Origin: an uncultured Methylophilaceae bacterium
GTDB taxonomy: Bacteria > Pseudomonadota > Gammaproteobacteria > Burkholderiales > Methylophilaceae
Reading direction: 5' to 3'
NCBI GenBank assembly: GCA_964352515.1
Contig: CAYGSH010000001.1
Location: 21,756-84,627 of the forward strand
DNA length: 62,872 bases
The translations under genes were made by a program, and so were the position numbers. Positions 62,364-62,872 of this stretch are shown here, piece after piece. Below the pieces are notes generated by a model. That model saw only the letters and a program-made list of their open reading frames with translations. It was not told the DNA's origin and ran no database searches. Within the stretch, counting starts at the first letter, position 1; each line of letters starts with the position of its first letter.

Positions 62364-62393
62364 ATTCTACCATTATTGGTTAAAATTGTTCAA
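62364..62393 (-). promoter_or_regulatory. Candidate sigma-70 promoter placed to give a leaderless or near-leaderless DUF2946 transcript
   Basis: The minus strand reads TTGAAC (62393-62388), an 18-nt spacer, TAGAAT (62369-62364), then only 6 nt (ctgccg) before the ATG at 62357. There is no Shine-Dalgarno sequence. Confidence 0.35.
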
Positions 62394-62425
62394 CAGTATT
62401 AATACGCAACTAACGAAAGGTAACA

Positions 62426-62872
62426 ATGGCTGCAGGTAGCTTACTAGTCTTACTGGATGACATCACCACCATGTTGGATGATGTCTCTGTTTTAACCAAA
62501 ATAGCCGTTAAAAAGACCGCTGGGGTGCTAGGCGATGACTTAGCACTCAATGCAGAACAAGTATCTGGTGTGGATGCCAAAAGAGAGCTACCTGTGGTGT
62601 GGGCAGTAGCCAAAGGTTCTTTCATCAACAAACTGATACTTGTACCAGCTGCGCTAACTATTAGTTACTTTATTCCTTGGTTAATCACACCACTATTGAT
62701 GATTGGTGGCCTTTTTTTATGCTTTGAAGGTTTTGAAAAAATCGCGCATAAACTGCTACACGACGATGATGAAGAAGTAGAAACACATAAACAAGAACTC
62801 AAGAATGCAGTTAAAGATAGCAAAGTCGATTTAATGGCTTTAGAAAAAGATAAAATCAAAGGCGCCATCCGT
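62426..62872 (+). CDS. yedI: DUF808 (YedI-like) inner membrane protein. Only the N-terminal 149 codons are present; it runs off the right edge.
   Basis: This ORF is absent from the ORF track because it is truncated. Hand translation gives [69 protein letters not shown]...[17 protein letters not shown], closely matching the YedI N-terminus as I remember it. An AAAGG Shine-Dalgarno sequence lies upstream. Confidence 0.85.
   Translation, partial: MAAGSLLVLLDDITTMLDDVSVLTKIAVKKTAGVLGDDLALNAEQVSGVDAKRELPVVWAVAKGSFINKLILVPAALTISYFIPWLITPLLMIGGLFLCFEGFEKIAHKLLHDDDEEVETHKQELKNAVKDSKVDLMALEKDKIKGAIR

Overview
This is a 62.9 kb, visibly AT-rich bacterial chromosomal window that is densely coding (about 62 protein genes). 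All calls come from reading the ORF translations by eye; no searches or HMMs were run and GC was not computed. About 85% of it is core housekeeping in well-conserved operon blocks:
- xseB-ispA-dxs, folE2, aroC, rluE/icd
- pilB-pilC, dsbC, ubi hydroxylases-pepP
- amgK-murU divergent from lptD-surA-pdxA-rsmA, then adk
- leuS-lptE-holA, proA, nadD, bioBFHCD, comF, trmL
- gpsA-SH3-secB-grxC-rhodanese, gpmI-envC-like, clpB

The LeuS type (NWDP...GRGWR, without the zinc-finger cysteines) suggests a low-GC betaproteobacterium, but the genus cannot be determined from this window. I found no rRNA, tRNA, CRISPR array, transposase or integrase.

The only clearly accessory stretch is the right-hand ~9 kb (53.3-62.4 kb, all on the minus strand), a metal-uptake island that is probably for copper. 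Its gene order is DUF2946, OprC-like TonB-dependent receptor, second DUF2946 paralog, small XRE regulator, second TonB-dependent receptor, His-tailed periplasmic protein, PepSY membrane protein, BNR propeller. The OprC-like receptor carries both halves of the CxxxM/HxM copper site. The BNR propeller has Cys/His clusters and is interrupted by a single in-frame TAG. This island is my best candidate for a poorly described system.

Smaller oddities:
- a class II cNMP phosphodiesterase plus a cNMP-binding protein at the left edge
- pilBC without pilD
- an orphan AT-rich gap after nadD
- a cluster of small lipoproteins, DUF4157 and YjbQ downstream of clpB
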